The position numbers and the translations under genes were made by a program. From assembly GCA_035221665.1 (NCBI GenBank), contig CM069143.1, positions 10,230,001 through 10,294,000 on the forward strand: 64,000 nt of DNA, read 5' to 3'. The notes beneath the pieces are model-generated. The model saw only the letters and a program-made list of their open reading frames with translations. It did no database searches and was not told the origin of the DNA. Positions 38,648 to 52,050 of this stretch are shown here, in pieces (position 1 is the first letter of the stretch; every line of letters starts with the position of its first letter). The stretch comes from Okamejei kenojei. Taxonomy: Eukaryota.

Positions 38648-38955
38648 GGCATGGTGGCACAATGGTAGAGTAGCTGCCTTACAGCGCCAGACACCCGGGT
38701 TCAATCCTGACTACGGTTGCTGTCTGTGCAGAGTTTGCACATTCTCCCGGTGACCTGTGTGAGTTTCCTCCGAGAGCTCTGGTTTCCTTCCACACTCCAA
38801 AGACGTGCAGGTTTGTAGGCTAATTGGCTTGGTAAAAATTGTGAATTGTCCTTAGTGTGTGTAGGATAGTGTTAGTGTGCGGGGATTGCTGGTTGGCGTA
38901 GACTCGGTGGGCCGAATGGCCTGTTTCTGCGTTTATCTCTAAACTAAAATAAACA
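38648..38955 (+). mobile_element. Full-length tRNA-derived V-SINE (HE1-like)
   Basis: A box tggcacaatggtagag, B box gggttcaatcct, central conserved domain, CR1-like 3' end gggccgaatggcctgtttct and ctaaa tail. Confidence 0.9.
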
Positions 38956-40596
38956 ACACTGATACTTTGTGAGATATACGTAGGGATTTGATTACATTTG
39001 ACAGCATCACCCTGGCCTCAAATTTTTGGATGTTGGATCGGAAACACTTCCTCAATTATCCCATTGCATTTCTGCTTCTGATATCGAGTGAGAGCCTCAG
39101 AGTCTGATGGGAACTCAGTAGCAGTGCAAGGCATGAGCATAATTTCCTCCCACCAAAAAAAAATGCAGATCTAATCACGGGAAGCAGTGATGCAACAAAT
39201 ATGGAAAATTGTAGTTAATAATGATTAATTATATCATTAGCCATTCAACATCTTATGTGTTGCATAATAAATAACATTGACATGAACCAAGTCTAATGAA
39301 ACTCTACTTTGGTGATTTAAAATTACAAAATTCATTGGAATAACATTTTCAAACACCAGCCTATTTTTAGTTGGAAAGCCTAATTTAAAAAATGATGTTA
39401 AAGGGTATATATTTCCAAGGTTAAAGTGTTAATTTTATAGTTTGACTTGTTTTGTAATAATTTATGTAGTTTTTTTTTTAATTGTCTCATGTTAATGCAA
39501 TGTTCTCTTGCTGGCACAATATTCAGTTTCATTACTTTTCATAGCCCTTCTCCACAAAATGCAATTTACTCAAAATCCCTTGGCCTACATTTCCTTGGAA
39601 GTGGAGAGAGAGATACTCCTTTCTTTGCAAAATTGCTCTACCTCCCAACTATTTGATTTACAAGCAATGGTCTTCATTGGAAATTATTTTGCTCATGCAG
39701 TTTTATCCCGGCTCCATCTCCCTTCCCCTGTTAACAGTGAAGGATCTTAACTCATCTGTATCAGATTATACATTACCTGCCCTTGCGCTTCTGTAGATGT
39801 TAACTGCTTATTCACTAAATCATCCCGTTTTGATACTTCTCTTGCTTTCAAGTGCCTGTGACTGTGCCATTAGACTTCCATAAACTCTCTCACAATTTAT
39901 TCACCATTTCCTGCTTTGCCTATCCCTGTCATGTTACAAGAATACTGCAAGACAACTAGGATCACTAAGCTAATGAATTTTACACTTTGGAAATACAAGG
40001 GGCCAAAGTGTGCAGTAAATTTATAAGAAGCAAAAGATCTGCAAAAAAATGCTTTACACTTAACACTTATTTTCCATGACATTTATAAGCAGGTTACTTT
40101 TGAAAATCGTATGGTAATCTTATGGAAAACCATACTTTTGAAAATCGTATGGTAATTTGTAAATAAAGATCTAATATCACCATATAAACTTGTGAAAATT
40201 CCAAACGCTAACCCAAACCCTATTATTTGTTGTGATCAATTGAGTCCAATATATCCTAAACGGTAGAGAATCTTTGAAAACCACATATTCTTCCAAAACA
40301 TATGATGTATTTTACACATTTGTAATAATAATTAGATCAACAGTTGTGTATAGAGCAACTGTTATGATAAGGTAAAAAATACCAGAAAATGGCAAAATAT
40401 TCTGCTATTTCCAGTTGGTTATCAAACAGTATTGGATTGAGCTGTTAATGTTCATAATTTAGGCATGAATGAATGTAAGAAAATAGAAATTATGCTGAAT
40501 AAACATTCACCAGCTTCTACATATATTGAGGACTTTCGTGGATTGCATATTAACTGGGTCAGTGGCTCATTGTGAAACTGTTCAATGATTATACAG

Positions 40597-40744
40597 GGCC
40601 TGCTGAAGGTGGCTGTTGACAATGCTCGTGTGCAGGAGAAGCAGATACAACAGGAGAAGAAAGAACTGAAGCTGGAGCTGTTCAGGGAGAGAGAAATGAG
40701 AGAAACCTTAGAGAGACAACTCACAACAGAACAGCACAATAGAG
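40597..40744 (+). CDS. DACH2: Dachshund homolog coding exon: GLLKVAVDNARVQEKQIQQEKKELKLELFREREMRETLERQLTTEQHNR
   Basis: Acceptor atacag| and donor G|gttggt; 148 nt, phase 0 to 1, in frame with both neighbours. QEKQIQQEKKEL.LEL matches DACH2 rather than DACH1 (QEKQVQLEKTELKMDF) as recalled. Confidence 0.93.
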
Positions 40745-43711
40745 GTTGGTCTCAAATGGTAATCAAATGGAATGTAAGCAACAGTGTCAGGACTAAACAT
40801 AGTGCTTTCTCTAAGTCTGAATTGCCTTATTAGACTTGGTCTTGATACGGGGCAATGATAATTGCAAAAGCTGGCAGGAAAACTTTGCCACTGTGGTAAA
40901 TGCTGATGTCCTTCAGGGCAAAGGCATCGTAGTACAAGATTCTAATGAACGATTTTACAATATAATTATGCCATCTTTTCTCAGCAATACCACAGCTACA
41001 AATGACTTCTGAGCAGTTTTTTGGTTGAGCTGATAACATAACCCAGGCTGCTTTAAGGAAGAAATGTTGGCTGATTTTAGTTATTTCATGTGTTACGAAC
41101 ATTATTGAAATGGCCAGCATTGTGTATCCCCTGTAGTTTTGGGGAATTGTGTGTCACATTGGAAATCTGTGTAACTGCAACCATTTTGAGAAGTCGTACC
41201 TGGATATTGATGTTCAGTATATAACATGAAAATTATGCTGGGGAGCAAGATAGACAGCAGAAGATTGACATTATTGTGAACATTTTGAAGTGTAATGTAC
41301 TGTATATGGATGGTGCACTATTGTTGATGAGTTGATTATCCAAGCCAGTCCAGCTCCTCATAGTTATGGAAATTATACAGACATGAGTTGATCAATAATA
41401 TGTAGAGGTAACTCTAGACAATTTTCAGTAGACAAAACTGTTTTCTATCATATTAATTATATAAGATACTTGAATTTTAAATAGATATTTTAATCAGATA
41501 TGTTTATGTGATATTGTCTGGTTCGCAACTACTTTATGAGATTAGAGACAAATTTAGTTTCCCATTGATGCCCCCTGATGTGAAATACTACAGTTAAATT
41601 AAGAAAGTAGCCAGCTTGTCTGTTATCCTAAGCCTCTATTGATACTAGGCAAAGCATTACAAGATGGAAAATTCAGACTCTCACCCCATCTTGCATCCTC
41701 TGAATTGGCACTACCCTAAACACGTTGCTGAGATGATGGACCTGCAGTATGGCAAATCGCTGTTGAAAGCCTATCTGTAGATTACTTCACCAGCTTACTG
41801 CATCCAGAATATCAAATACAGTTTGATGTTGAGCATACTAAATGAAATCAAACTGCTGCCCACTTCACAGAGTTTCAGCGGTATAATCATTTCCATATCA
41901 AATTCAGATTTTTGCTTAGATGAAATTATCGATTACATACAAACTGTGGCACTAGTGATTTACAAATTTACTATCTGTTTCTCATACAAATTTGCATCTA
42001 AATTCCTCAGTAAATTTATTTATATGGCTCAGTGGCATTTTATTCTCCGGTGCATATAATTTTGAGAGGCAATAGTTTACAACCAGTTGGTGAGACTGAA
42101 ACTGCTTCGATACCCTGAGACTGTTGCTCCATAGCACCATTAAACATTTATACATTGGGGTGAGATCACTCTTCAGCCTTATATAGACACATTCTACATT
42201 ACTTCTCCCCACTGAGCACCTCAGAAGTCAACAGGTAAACCCTTTCCCATCTCATCTGAAGCAAATGGATTTGCTGGGAAATTCCAGGACATTGGTTAGG
42301 GTGTACTAGAAAGGTGCAGATGCAAGGTGGCCACTGTGCACTCTGGCCAATGGCCCATTACCTTAAACTAAAGTTGTGACTGAGATTCAAGGCATTACCA
42401 GCTGGCTAAGTACACGTTTTCACAAGCGTAGATAAACCAACCGGTTAAGTGGTTGCAATAAGGATGGGGTGGGCGGGAGGAAGAGAATGAAAGCAGGGAT
42501 CATTGGTCAAAAGATACAAGCTGGAGTCAATATAATGTAAAAATATACTTAGATCTAAAGAATCAAAATGCTTTTGAGAAACAATGAAAGTCAATCAAAC
42601 AGCTTACCTCTGATTGTATTGACCTTACTTGATGAGATCTGTTGTGTGCATTTGTAACAAACAATATAACAGGGCTCAATTGATAATATGTTAAATCTTG
42701 AAACTTCAGATTTAACTGTTGGGTGATATGAAAAGGAACTCATTTGATTCCCCCTTTAGTCAAGATGAATCAGCATGAGTTTCAGAATTACAGATTTATT
42801 ACAGGTTTATTCTGGAAGCTAGGAGTGGCACCTGGACTTTGTTTAGAAGAAAGGTCTAGAGCTGAGGCGAGAAGATGACCAGCAATCAAATGATTTAATC
42901 ATGCCATTTGATGCTGATGAGATATTTGTTGTGTCTTCACCAGAGCTTCTCTAACACAGTAGGAATTAACAAACTGTGAAGGAAGACATAATCAACTCTG
43001 TTACTCCAGTCACGTTTGCTGGCCTTTTTGATTCACTAGCTAGATTTACTAATATTTGTACCATAAGAAAGTACCCCACTGTGCATAAAGCCTCTTCAAT
43101 ATGTGCATAAAGAACTGTGCTCGAGTCACTAATGGATACAGGCAGATAATTAGAGGCATTCTTCCATGCAAATGTTGTAATTCTATCTAAGTAATGGATA
43201 TTAATTAAAGGCATAGCAATTATTAGCACTAGACAATACATGTTGCTGTATAGAAGATAAGTCATGTAACCTGTCGTGCTTGTGGGTATGCCTTGGTTAA
43301 TATATAGAAGGTGAGATTTGCTGTAATTGTATGATCAATTAGGTCTTATCAAAAAATATTAACATTGGTATTTGGGTTTCAGAATGAGATTGTATGCTGT
43401 AATGGTATGGCCTGTCTTGTTGGGCAATGAAACATCTACAATTCAGGTGCACTTTGGCAGCAGATTTCAGCAGTTCTGTGCTGTTGTGTGGGTCCTGTGT
43501 GCACCAGTCAGTTTCCTGGATGAATCAGATACATGCTTGTGGATTTTTGTTGAGCTAGTCCCACTGACTGCACTTAAAAACAGTGGCAACAAATTCTCTC
43601 ATTACCACAGTGAACTCCACTGAAATTTTCCCATCTTGCTAACCTCATTTGGAGGAACTTAAGTTTGACTCCGCTGCTCTTTGCCATGTCACCTAATTTT
43701 AGGCAAGAAGG

Positions 43712-44100
43712 TAGTTTCAGTTTAGTTTACTGTTACGTGTACCGAGGTACAGTGAAAAGGTTTTGTTGCGTGCTAACCAGTCAGCATAAAGACAATGCAT
43801 GATTATACTCGAGCCATTTACATTATATAGATAAATGATAAGGGAATCATGTTTAGTGCAAGGTAAAGCCAGTAAAGTCCGATCAATGATAGTCCAAGGG
43901 TCATCAATGGGTTAGATAGTAGTTCAAGACTGCTTTCTACCTGGGGTAGGATGATTTAGTTGCCTGATAACAGCTGGGAAGAAACTGTTCCTGAATCTGG
44001 TAGTGTGCATTTTCACACTTCTATACCTTATACCTTTGGGACAGGGGAGAAGAAGGAGTGGCCAGGTTTTTGAATCCTTGAATATGCTGCTGGCAATGGA
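43712..44100 (-). mobile_element. Rex1/Babar-like LINE 3' end
   Basis: ORF 43924..44142 ends GIRYRSVKMHTTRFRNSFFPAVIRQLN (Rex1 C-terminal motif); tail seen as gtttcagtttagttt. Confidence 0.8.
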
Positions 44101-46659
44101 AGTGTCTTTGCTGAAAGATATATATTTGGCATATATAATCATGCATTGGCTGATGTATCATATATGTGTGCACATGTGGGGCATGATGTTTGAATGGGGG
44201 GAAATGAGCAAGAGGTAGTGATTTAATGGCTACAATTAAATAATCCTGTACTCCTGCACTTACAGTTGAAACTTGCACATGATTACAGACAGAAATTGCC
44301 AATCTATTGAACTGTAACCTGCCTTTTGAAACTCAGCATTTGGTTTCCAGGGGGTATTGTATCAGTTGTCAGTGCTGAATCTTTTAATGAGATGTTTTTA
44401 TTAAAAAAATTAATATAGCAATGAATGAGATTTCATAGCAATGTTGATATGATCATCCTGCTGTCGCTGTCCTCAATTACTTTTGAGAAAAGGATTATTT
44501 GATAAATCAATTTATATGCTCACACTTATTTTTAAATCCCTCAATGCCTTGCCCTTCAGTAACTCAGTAAGCTTTTCCAACCTTAAAAATATTTTAATTC
44601 CTTACTCTGTCTTCTTGCTTCTCCCCAAAGTTAACCAAACTCATATTAATGGCTTTCATTGTTCCAGTAGGGTTTCACATGAATAATATGGAGGCTCCCA
44701 CTCTCTGGATGTCCAGCTGGTCATGGAGCACAAGAAATTAGGTCAACAAACGTCATGTTTTCTGACTTCTTATCCTTATTGAATCCACATTGCCTCATGT
44801 TTGCAGTGGCCAGTGCCACTCTGTGGAATGTATTCTGGGGTGTTAGGGCTGCCTTCTACTGCTATGCTTTCTCACTGCTGTTTGCAATACAACTATACCA
44901 GCTGAGTATTGACACACATCAGAGCGGGAGTGGGGAATCTCATTGGTGTCCTGGAGATGAGATTCCGCTGCCTTCGTCAGTCTAGGTGTGCACTGTAGCA
45001 GATGCTCTGCAGGAATGGAGAATTCCTTGCAATACCAGCAATAGAGGTTATGTAGCCTGGATCACACTGCTATCAAGAGCTAGATGAAGAGCAGGAAGTG
45101 GCCTCATCCCTCGGGACCAGGAGGCAGATACAAAAGGCCAGAGGAGTAGAAGGACACAGGTGAGGGCATTGCCTGAGAAGCTGTGATGGGGGCTGAGTTG
45201 CTATTGCTTTGAAGGGGAACATCAAGATCCTGAACCAACATAGCGGGCAAATTCTCAGGGGATCAGATGGACAATGTTACAACAATTTGTTAGTGCTCAG
45301 AACCTCATTTCCAGCATTCCAGTCTCCAAACCAGAGAACAACTCAGCTGACAGACCCCACGTCACCGGTGCCTCCACTCTTCCTCCTCTGTGCAACCTGC
45401 TCAGGAGAAGGACAAGTGAGGGCCATTCCGCTTGTCTCACAAAGACAAAACAAGGAAGTTGCGCATAAAAGCTGTATCCAAGACACCTTAATGATGATGC
45501 AGCAACACACATGGTAGTTAAGATGTTTAAAGTCGACCCATACAAAAGGGATATAGTAATCACTCTGTTAATAATTATACCTGGTTGGGTTCATTTAAAA
45601 AGAGACAACAGATATTGGAATCATGAAAAGGGGCACCTGGTTTCAACAGAATTGAGCCACATATAAAATGGAAGAAATGCACCTCATATTCCATCACTAC
45701 CCAATAGTATGAACGTGAATTCTCTAATTTCACGTAATTCTCCAAATCATCCCCCCTCCCCCTCTTTTTCTTCTGAACGAGGGCCCTTTCCCATAGTGGT
45801 GACCCCTCTCCTATTCCTTTACTATTTTGGGTGTAATGCAGGGCATTGAATAATCTCTTTATTAGTGTACAGTTGGAGGTTTGGAATTGTGGGAGTAGGC
45901 AAGAAGTGGCAGGGTGAGGTGTGGACACTGTTCTTGTGAACAGTGTGGGTGTAATAGCAGTCTGTGAGGTTAACAGTTTGGATTTGTATCTCTCTCGTGA
46001 TGAATGCATAAGACAGAAATGTGACTAGATTTTTTGCCGCTTACATTGGCATATTGTATCCCATCATGAAATGTCTCTGACACAGCTTCATTGTGATGGG
46101 ATTCTTACTCTTGGAAGAGACACCTCTTGGTAGGTACCAGCCCTGGTGGGCCACCTTTCCCCTGGCACACACGATTTCCCACATGAGGTGAACTCATTGA
46201 CCCTTCAATACTCCTTTCGGAAAATTGTAGAGCACTCTCCCTCTCCTCTGGAGCCTCTTTCCCCTCCATGTTAGCCCACGCCATGCATTAGATGGCATAT
46301 GACATGAACCTTTAGTGACTGATATCCCTCCATGTTTGTAAAGTAAAGTGATATCAGCTGTGCCAGATTTAATCTGGTCTCATTCTCAACCATGCATATC
46401 ACGTTAGTGTTTAAGTAGAATTTATTTCATAGAAATGTAAGGAAATGCTCTAGAATGTGCTCAGGGTGTAGAACTTGCATTCTCAAAGGGTGCTAGAGGC
46501 AGAAAGCTTCATGCCATTGAAACTAATCAGATATGCACTGAAGAAGTCATGTCCTGCAAGGCTTTGGACTAAGTCTTGAGTTTAGGCTGGAGAGTTATTT
46601 CTTGACCTACAAACTCTGTTAGAGGAGGAGATTACCAAGAGGATCACTGAAGAGATTTA

Positions 46660-46992
46660 AAGGTATGCTTGAAGTGTACTTGAAGAAATGCAAAATCTCA
46701 GCTGACTCCTGAGAGCCACTGGCCATGACACCCGAGTCCCGCACTTCCCCTCCCACCCCCAAGGTGTAGAGGTGCGTTCAGGATGGCCTTGAGAACCTCG
46801 TCCATGCATTGGAGACACAGACAGACGACATCAAGGGCAGAAGGAGTGCACAGACTACAGACCCACCCACCCCGTCAGCTGCCACTAACCTTGACTGCGG
46901 AAGTCTGTGATTCCCACTTAGAATTTTGCTGTCTCCTGACTGGAATGGAGGCAAGTGATCATAAATCATGGGAGAGTAAGAAGAAGAAGAAA
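46660..46992 (+). mobile_element. Degenerate RTE-like LINE 3' end
   Basis: ttgaagaaatgcaaaatctcagctgactcctgagag... and ggaatggaggcaagt...(aag)4 tail; heavily diverged. Confidence 0.45.
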
Positions 46993-47444
46993 ACACACCA
47001 ATGTGGTGTAGACTTGCGTTAACCAATTTTTGCAATTTTCTTGCAGGGAGCCTCATTTGTTGTCAGCACTAATTGCAACAATGCAGTGGAGTTCCAAAAA
47101 CTAATGCAGTCTACTTTAAAAATATGAGTGTGTACAGAATTACATCTTGAATATATTGATAAGGTTGTACAATTTTGCAAATGATGGGATTATCTAATAT
47201 AAATTTATGGGGAAAATAGTTTAAACAAAATGAGCTGAAATTTGCAAACGTTATAAACCTCTTCTAAAAAAGGGCTCTGCTGTATTCAACAAAAATGGAA
47301 AGGGATGTGTTCAGTTAAAAGTTTTATAATGCAAGATTATGTAGAGCAATAAACCACATGGGAATTGATGTCACCCAGGTGGATTTTCTGAATGAAACAA
47401 AGACACTAATCCAATTATTATGTATGTGAATTTCACATTTCCAG

Positions 47445-47588
47445 CAACAATCCAGAAACGACTGAAGAAAGAGAAAAAGGCAAAGAGGAAATTACAGGAA
47501 GCACTGGAATTTGAGTCAAAGCGACGAGAGCAAGTGGAACAAGCTTTACAACAGGCCACATCCACAGAAAGTCTCAGGGTGCTTAATG
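47445..47588 (+). CDS. DACH2: Dachshund homolog coding exon: (A)TIQKRLKKEKKAKRKLQEALEFESKRREQVEQALQQATSTESLRVLN
   Basis: Acceptor catttccag| and donor G|gtatgc; 144 nt, phase 1 to 1. Coiled-coil KRLKKEKKAKRKLQEALEFE motif; FESKRREQVEQAL is DACH2-like. Confidence 0.94.
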
Positions 47589-49062
47589 GTATGCTGATCA
47601 TTACTTTCTAGTTAACATTGCCCTTGTTAGTGGAAATGCAGGAAATGTGCAGCAGACCCAACAGAAATTGTGCAGAAAGATGAAAGGTAAAATAACTAAT
47701 CCAGTTTACAGTCTGAACTGATGAAGAATTGATTTAAAACATCATTACAGATATACAACGAGAGCGTAAAAAGAAAGTTCATGTGAATATTACTGGTTAA
47801 TGCACCGATTAAAGTGAGCTTCCAATATTAAGTAACACGAATGTGAACATACTCTTTATAGAAAAGTACTGAATGTCTTACTCCAAACCTTGCTCAATTC
47901 CATGGGAATTTACCAAAAGCCAAAGGGAACACTTTTTTCTAACACAATCCATCATGTAGAAACATGGGGTGGCTACCACAAATGCAAATCATTCTTTGAA
48001 AGGTGAATCAATGTCTTCCTTTCGCATTGTAGAGGTTTTTATTTCCCTTTGTGGTAATGCAAATAGAGGGCAGATCAAGCTCAGATAACAGAATGTAACT
48101 ATTAATATACTAGCCATGTGGAGTTGTTTATTTGGCAAATTAGGTCTAATGTTTAACTGAACCATGACACTGCGCTTTCTGAAGTTTATTAGTTAATATA
48201 AATTCAAGGTCATTGATTTTCTGTTGCTGTGGGGGAAATGGGGAGAGATCTTTGCATAGCCTTACATAAGGGGCTGCATCATGATTGATTACTCAGTTAT
48301 GGATGGTAGATTTGTACAAACAGCTGACACAAGGCAGTATAATATGCTGATTTGTTCCCCTGATAATTTTGTCAGCTCCAAATAAACATAGAATTTCTTT
48401 TAATTAAATATTATAGCTCAAAAATCCAGAAAGTGCAAATTATACAAAGGGTCGATGAACAACATTGGTGAAGGTTATGTGCATGGAAACTAATCATCAG
48501 GCTTTGAGGCTTCCTTAAACAAAAATATGTTAGTATTGCTCTGGTTTAAGTGCTGACCAAGATTCTAAACGTTTTATTTTGGGTTTAATCGTGGCCAAAA
48601 CATTTAGTTCACTCAGGATCCTCCAGGATTGAATGTCGGAACATATTCCGGTCCCATCATCCAAAGTGCGGTCATACCGGAAACTACACAGTGTGAGGAT
48701 AACAAATGAATTAAATGATTTTTACACTTGGCTTGGACTCATTTCCAAATTGTGTTATGGCTTTTCATTATGCATAATGAACACATTTTAATTATAGTCA
48801 CACACATTCTGATGTGTGTAAAAAATTAGCCAAGGAACATTATGCACATTGTGGATTTGATGGGATCGGAGGTTAATAGAGTTACTGAACTGTTGGAACT
48901 AAACCCTTTTACTCATTAGTGATCACATGATAAAATGGCTTACAACTTAGAGCTCACTCGGTTTTGAGTCGACTCATTGCATTACTTCATATAGATAACT
49001 GTCACTGTTTAATAATGTCTAAAAGCTGATTGAAACAAGACAACCGATTTTCCTGTTTTTAG

Positions 49063-49131
49063 ATGCAGTAATTCCTGAGATGGAAGCTGAACACTGTGGG
49101 ACTCAGCTTGACACAACACCAACAGTACAAG
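49063..49131 (+). CDS. DACH2: Dachshund homolog penultimate coding exon: (D)AVIPEMEAEHCGTQLDTTPTVQ
   Basis: Acceptor ttttcctgtttttag| and donor AAG|gtaggc; 69 nt, phase 1 to 1. Length and the D..IPE.E.E..G pattern match the penultimate exon of vertebrate DACH genes. Confidence 0.88.
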
Positions 49132-50699
49132 GTAGGCTTAGTTTTTATTCAAAATAAGTGATATTCAGGGCTTCAGGTGGGATTCAGGTGAGGGATGTAC
49201 AATAGGGACTGGATGATTGTTTGCATTTTGACTAAAATCATAATATAATTTCAGATTTCTGCTTTTCTGATTATGATACAAATTGAGGGAGGAGTTTTAA
49301 GTTAGCCTCCTGAACGCATGCTCTCTTCCACATGGAGCGAAGGAACCTGTCTAACTATGGAGTGTTCCCACAGCAGGCACAATATTCAAAGGTAGAGCTA
49401 CTGCCCAGAGTAATTTTACCTTCTCAGCATCAGTTTAACTTCAACGATCTTCAACAATTTAGCAAAAATCTGGAAATCTGATGACGTGCACAATGTGAAA
49501 GGCAGAAAACCGCAAGACTGGAATTTGGAAGCCAAATAATGTTTTGCTAACATTCCTGAGTCAATAGGACAGTATTATTTTGTGAGCATGTGTTGCCATT
49601 TTTAGAAAAAAAAATGCATGTTTAACTTCCTTCTTTGACATTTAGTAATTTGCCAAAATATAATCTGAATTAAAATATTAAAATAAATGAAAGGTAAATT
49701 CATAGAAGACAGAAAACATAGAGCGGTAAAAATACCATTATGCACAGATTGACACAAAAGTGCTTCACAGTCAATATCCACAGTTCCCGTACAGATATGA
49801 TTTGAAATCTACATATACAGAGTAAAGACGTTGAATGAGGGAACTTTCTCTGTTTGCTTGTTTGTACTTTCCCACAGGAAAGATCTTTTGCACATGTTGA
49901 ACCCAGATTTGTGTCTCATTACAACTGATATGTAATAAACACAAGCATTGATTGTGGGCTGCTTCTTCCTTTCCTCCACTTCCTTTGTTTGTTTGTTTGC
50001 TTCTCTTTTTTTTTGTTGCTCGGCTCCTTTTCCACCCATAAATTTACTCTTAAAACTTAAAGGGAAACTTCAAATGAAGAAAACGAACAAAGGGACCCTG
50101 GGTTTCCTCAATCACCCACCACCCTAACTTAATTTTTTTTTAAATTGCTGATGTTAAGCCAAATAATGAACTTTGGGAGATATATAATAAATCAGCTATT
50201 ATGTTTTAATATTTCTGAATCTCTTACGTAAGATTTTTTTGGCAATGGTGTCCGATAATTTTGTATAATTGGCAACATTGGTAGAGATCCCTACTAACAA
50301 ATATTTAATTACACAGCTTAAGTAAACTACTTGAAATGTCACTGTACTGGGAGGCAGACTAACCTCTTCATTGACCTAATGTCTTTATGTAAAGGCTCTC
50401 ACCAGTCTATTGGAAAGTTTGTGCTTGCATTTTTATCTTTGTTTATTTATCATTCTGTGATAATATTTGTTGGATGGAATGCTATGGACTTTCAAACATG
50501 AAGAACCAACGGGTAATGATCACTGATACCTTTAATTGTCCTTACTGAGATGGAGATCCATTTACAGTATCAAGAATAAGCCTGGTTATATCTACCCTCT
50601 GAACAATTCACTCTCAGGTGGAATGTGCACACCTGAACTCACGGAAGCATGGCATAGCTCATTCTTGATTCATGTTTGCCTCCTTGAGATTCTGGCAAT

Positions 50700-52050
50700 T
50701 AGAGTCACAGAGACATGGATTTACACTTACAGAAACAGACCCTTCGGCTCAAGTTGTCCAAGTTGTCCGCCTACTGGTCCCAATGCCCATGTTTGACGCA
50801 CATCCCTCTAAACCTTCCATTTACTTGTCTGTGTCTTAACTATTGCAATTGTGTCTGTTTTTGCAACTTTTCTGCCAGCGTTCCATATACCCACAGCCAT
50901 CTGTGTGAAAAACCTACCACTCAGCTCACTTTTAAATCTTTCCCCTCTCACCTTAAAACATTGCTTTCTTATTTTAAACTCCTCTATAAGGACTATGACC
51001 ATTTACTCTATCTATGTGCCACTATGTGCCTCCTCGACCTACTATGCTCCTGGAAAACCAATCTTCACCCATCCAGCCTTTCCTTATAGCTCAAACACTG
51101 CAGTCCCAGAAACATCGTTGTGAATTATTTTTGCTTCTTTTCTAGCTTAATGGTATACTTCTTGTAGCTGAGCAAACATAATTGCATACAATACTCTGAG
51201 TGTGGTCTCACCAACTATTGGTACAGTTATAACATGACATCCCAACTTCTGTATCCAATGCCCTGACTAATGAAGGCATGCATGCCATACACCTTCTTCA
51301 CCATCTTGTCTACCCAGTGTCTCTATTTTCAGGGAACCATTTATCACTATCCCAAGGTCTCTATGTTCTACAACACTCTCCAGAGCTCCGACCCTTGTTT
51401 GTCTTGAGTGCAACACCTCCCCCTTGTCCAAGAAACGTTCCACCTGCATTCTTTGGTCCACTTCCCCAGTTGATCTAGATTCTGTTGTAATCTTTGATAA
51501 CCTTCTTCGCTGTCTACTATTCCATCAATTTTGATGTTATCCACAAACTTACAAACCATGCAAACAATTGCCAACCTCAATCTACGCACACTCCTTCATG
51601 ACTATTTAGAGAAAGGTGATGTCATACAACACAGCAATAGGCCCTTCCGTCCAACTCGTCAATGCCGACCAAGATGCCCCATCTAAGCTAGTCCCATTGA
51701 AGGAGCCAATGTGCTGGAGTAACTCAGTGGGTTAGACAGCATCTCTGGAGAACATGAATAGGTGTTGTTTTGGGTTGGGACCCTTCTTCAGACTTAACAA
51801 TTCCATGCTCTCCAGAGATGCTGCCTGATCCACTGAGTTACTCCAGTACTTTTGTGCAAACTAGCATCTGCAGTTCCTTTAGAATGCAGTTTAGGCTAGT
51901 TCCATGTTTGGCCCACATCCCTCTAAACCCTTCCTATTCATGTGCACAAATGCCAATGCCATTTAAATGCTGTTATAATACCTGCCTCAACACCTTCCAA
52001 TGGCAGATCATCACCACCCTCTGTGTGAAACAGTTGCCCTTCAGGTTATT
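50700..52050 (-). mobile_element. Old CR1 fragments with a Penelope-derived inverted element at about 51700-51880
   Basis: ORFs 51368..51589 (KFVDNIKI..IVDSEEGYQRLQQNLDQL) and 50808..51002 (FKVRGERFK...FFTQ). The insert contains reverse CTGAAGAAGGGTCCCAACCC and an opposite arm. Confidence 0.7.

Noticed and set aside
38648-38720. tRNA gene
   Set aside because: The A and B boxes run into a SINE body and CR1-like tail, with no proper cloverleaf.
37031-49131. Assignment of the exons to DACH1
   Set aside because: Diagnostic residues (QIQQEKKEL, FESKRREQVEQAL, D.VIPE) fit DACH2 better as recalled; a phylogeny and synteny check would be decisive.
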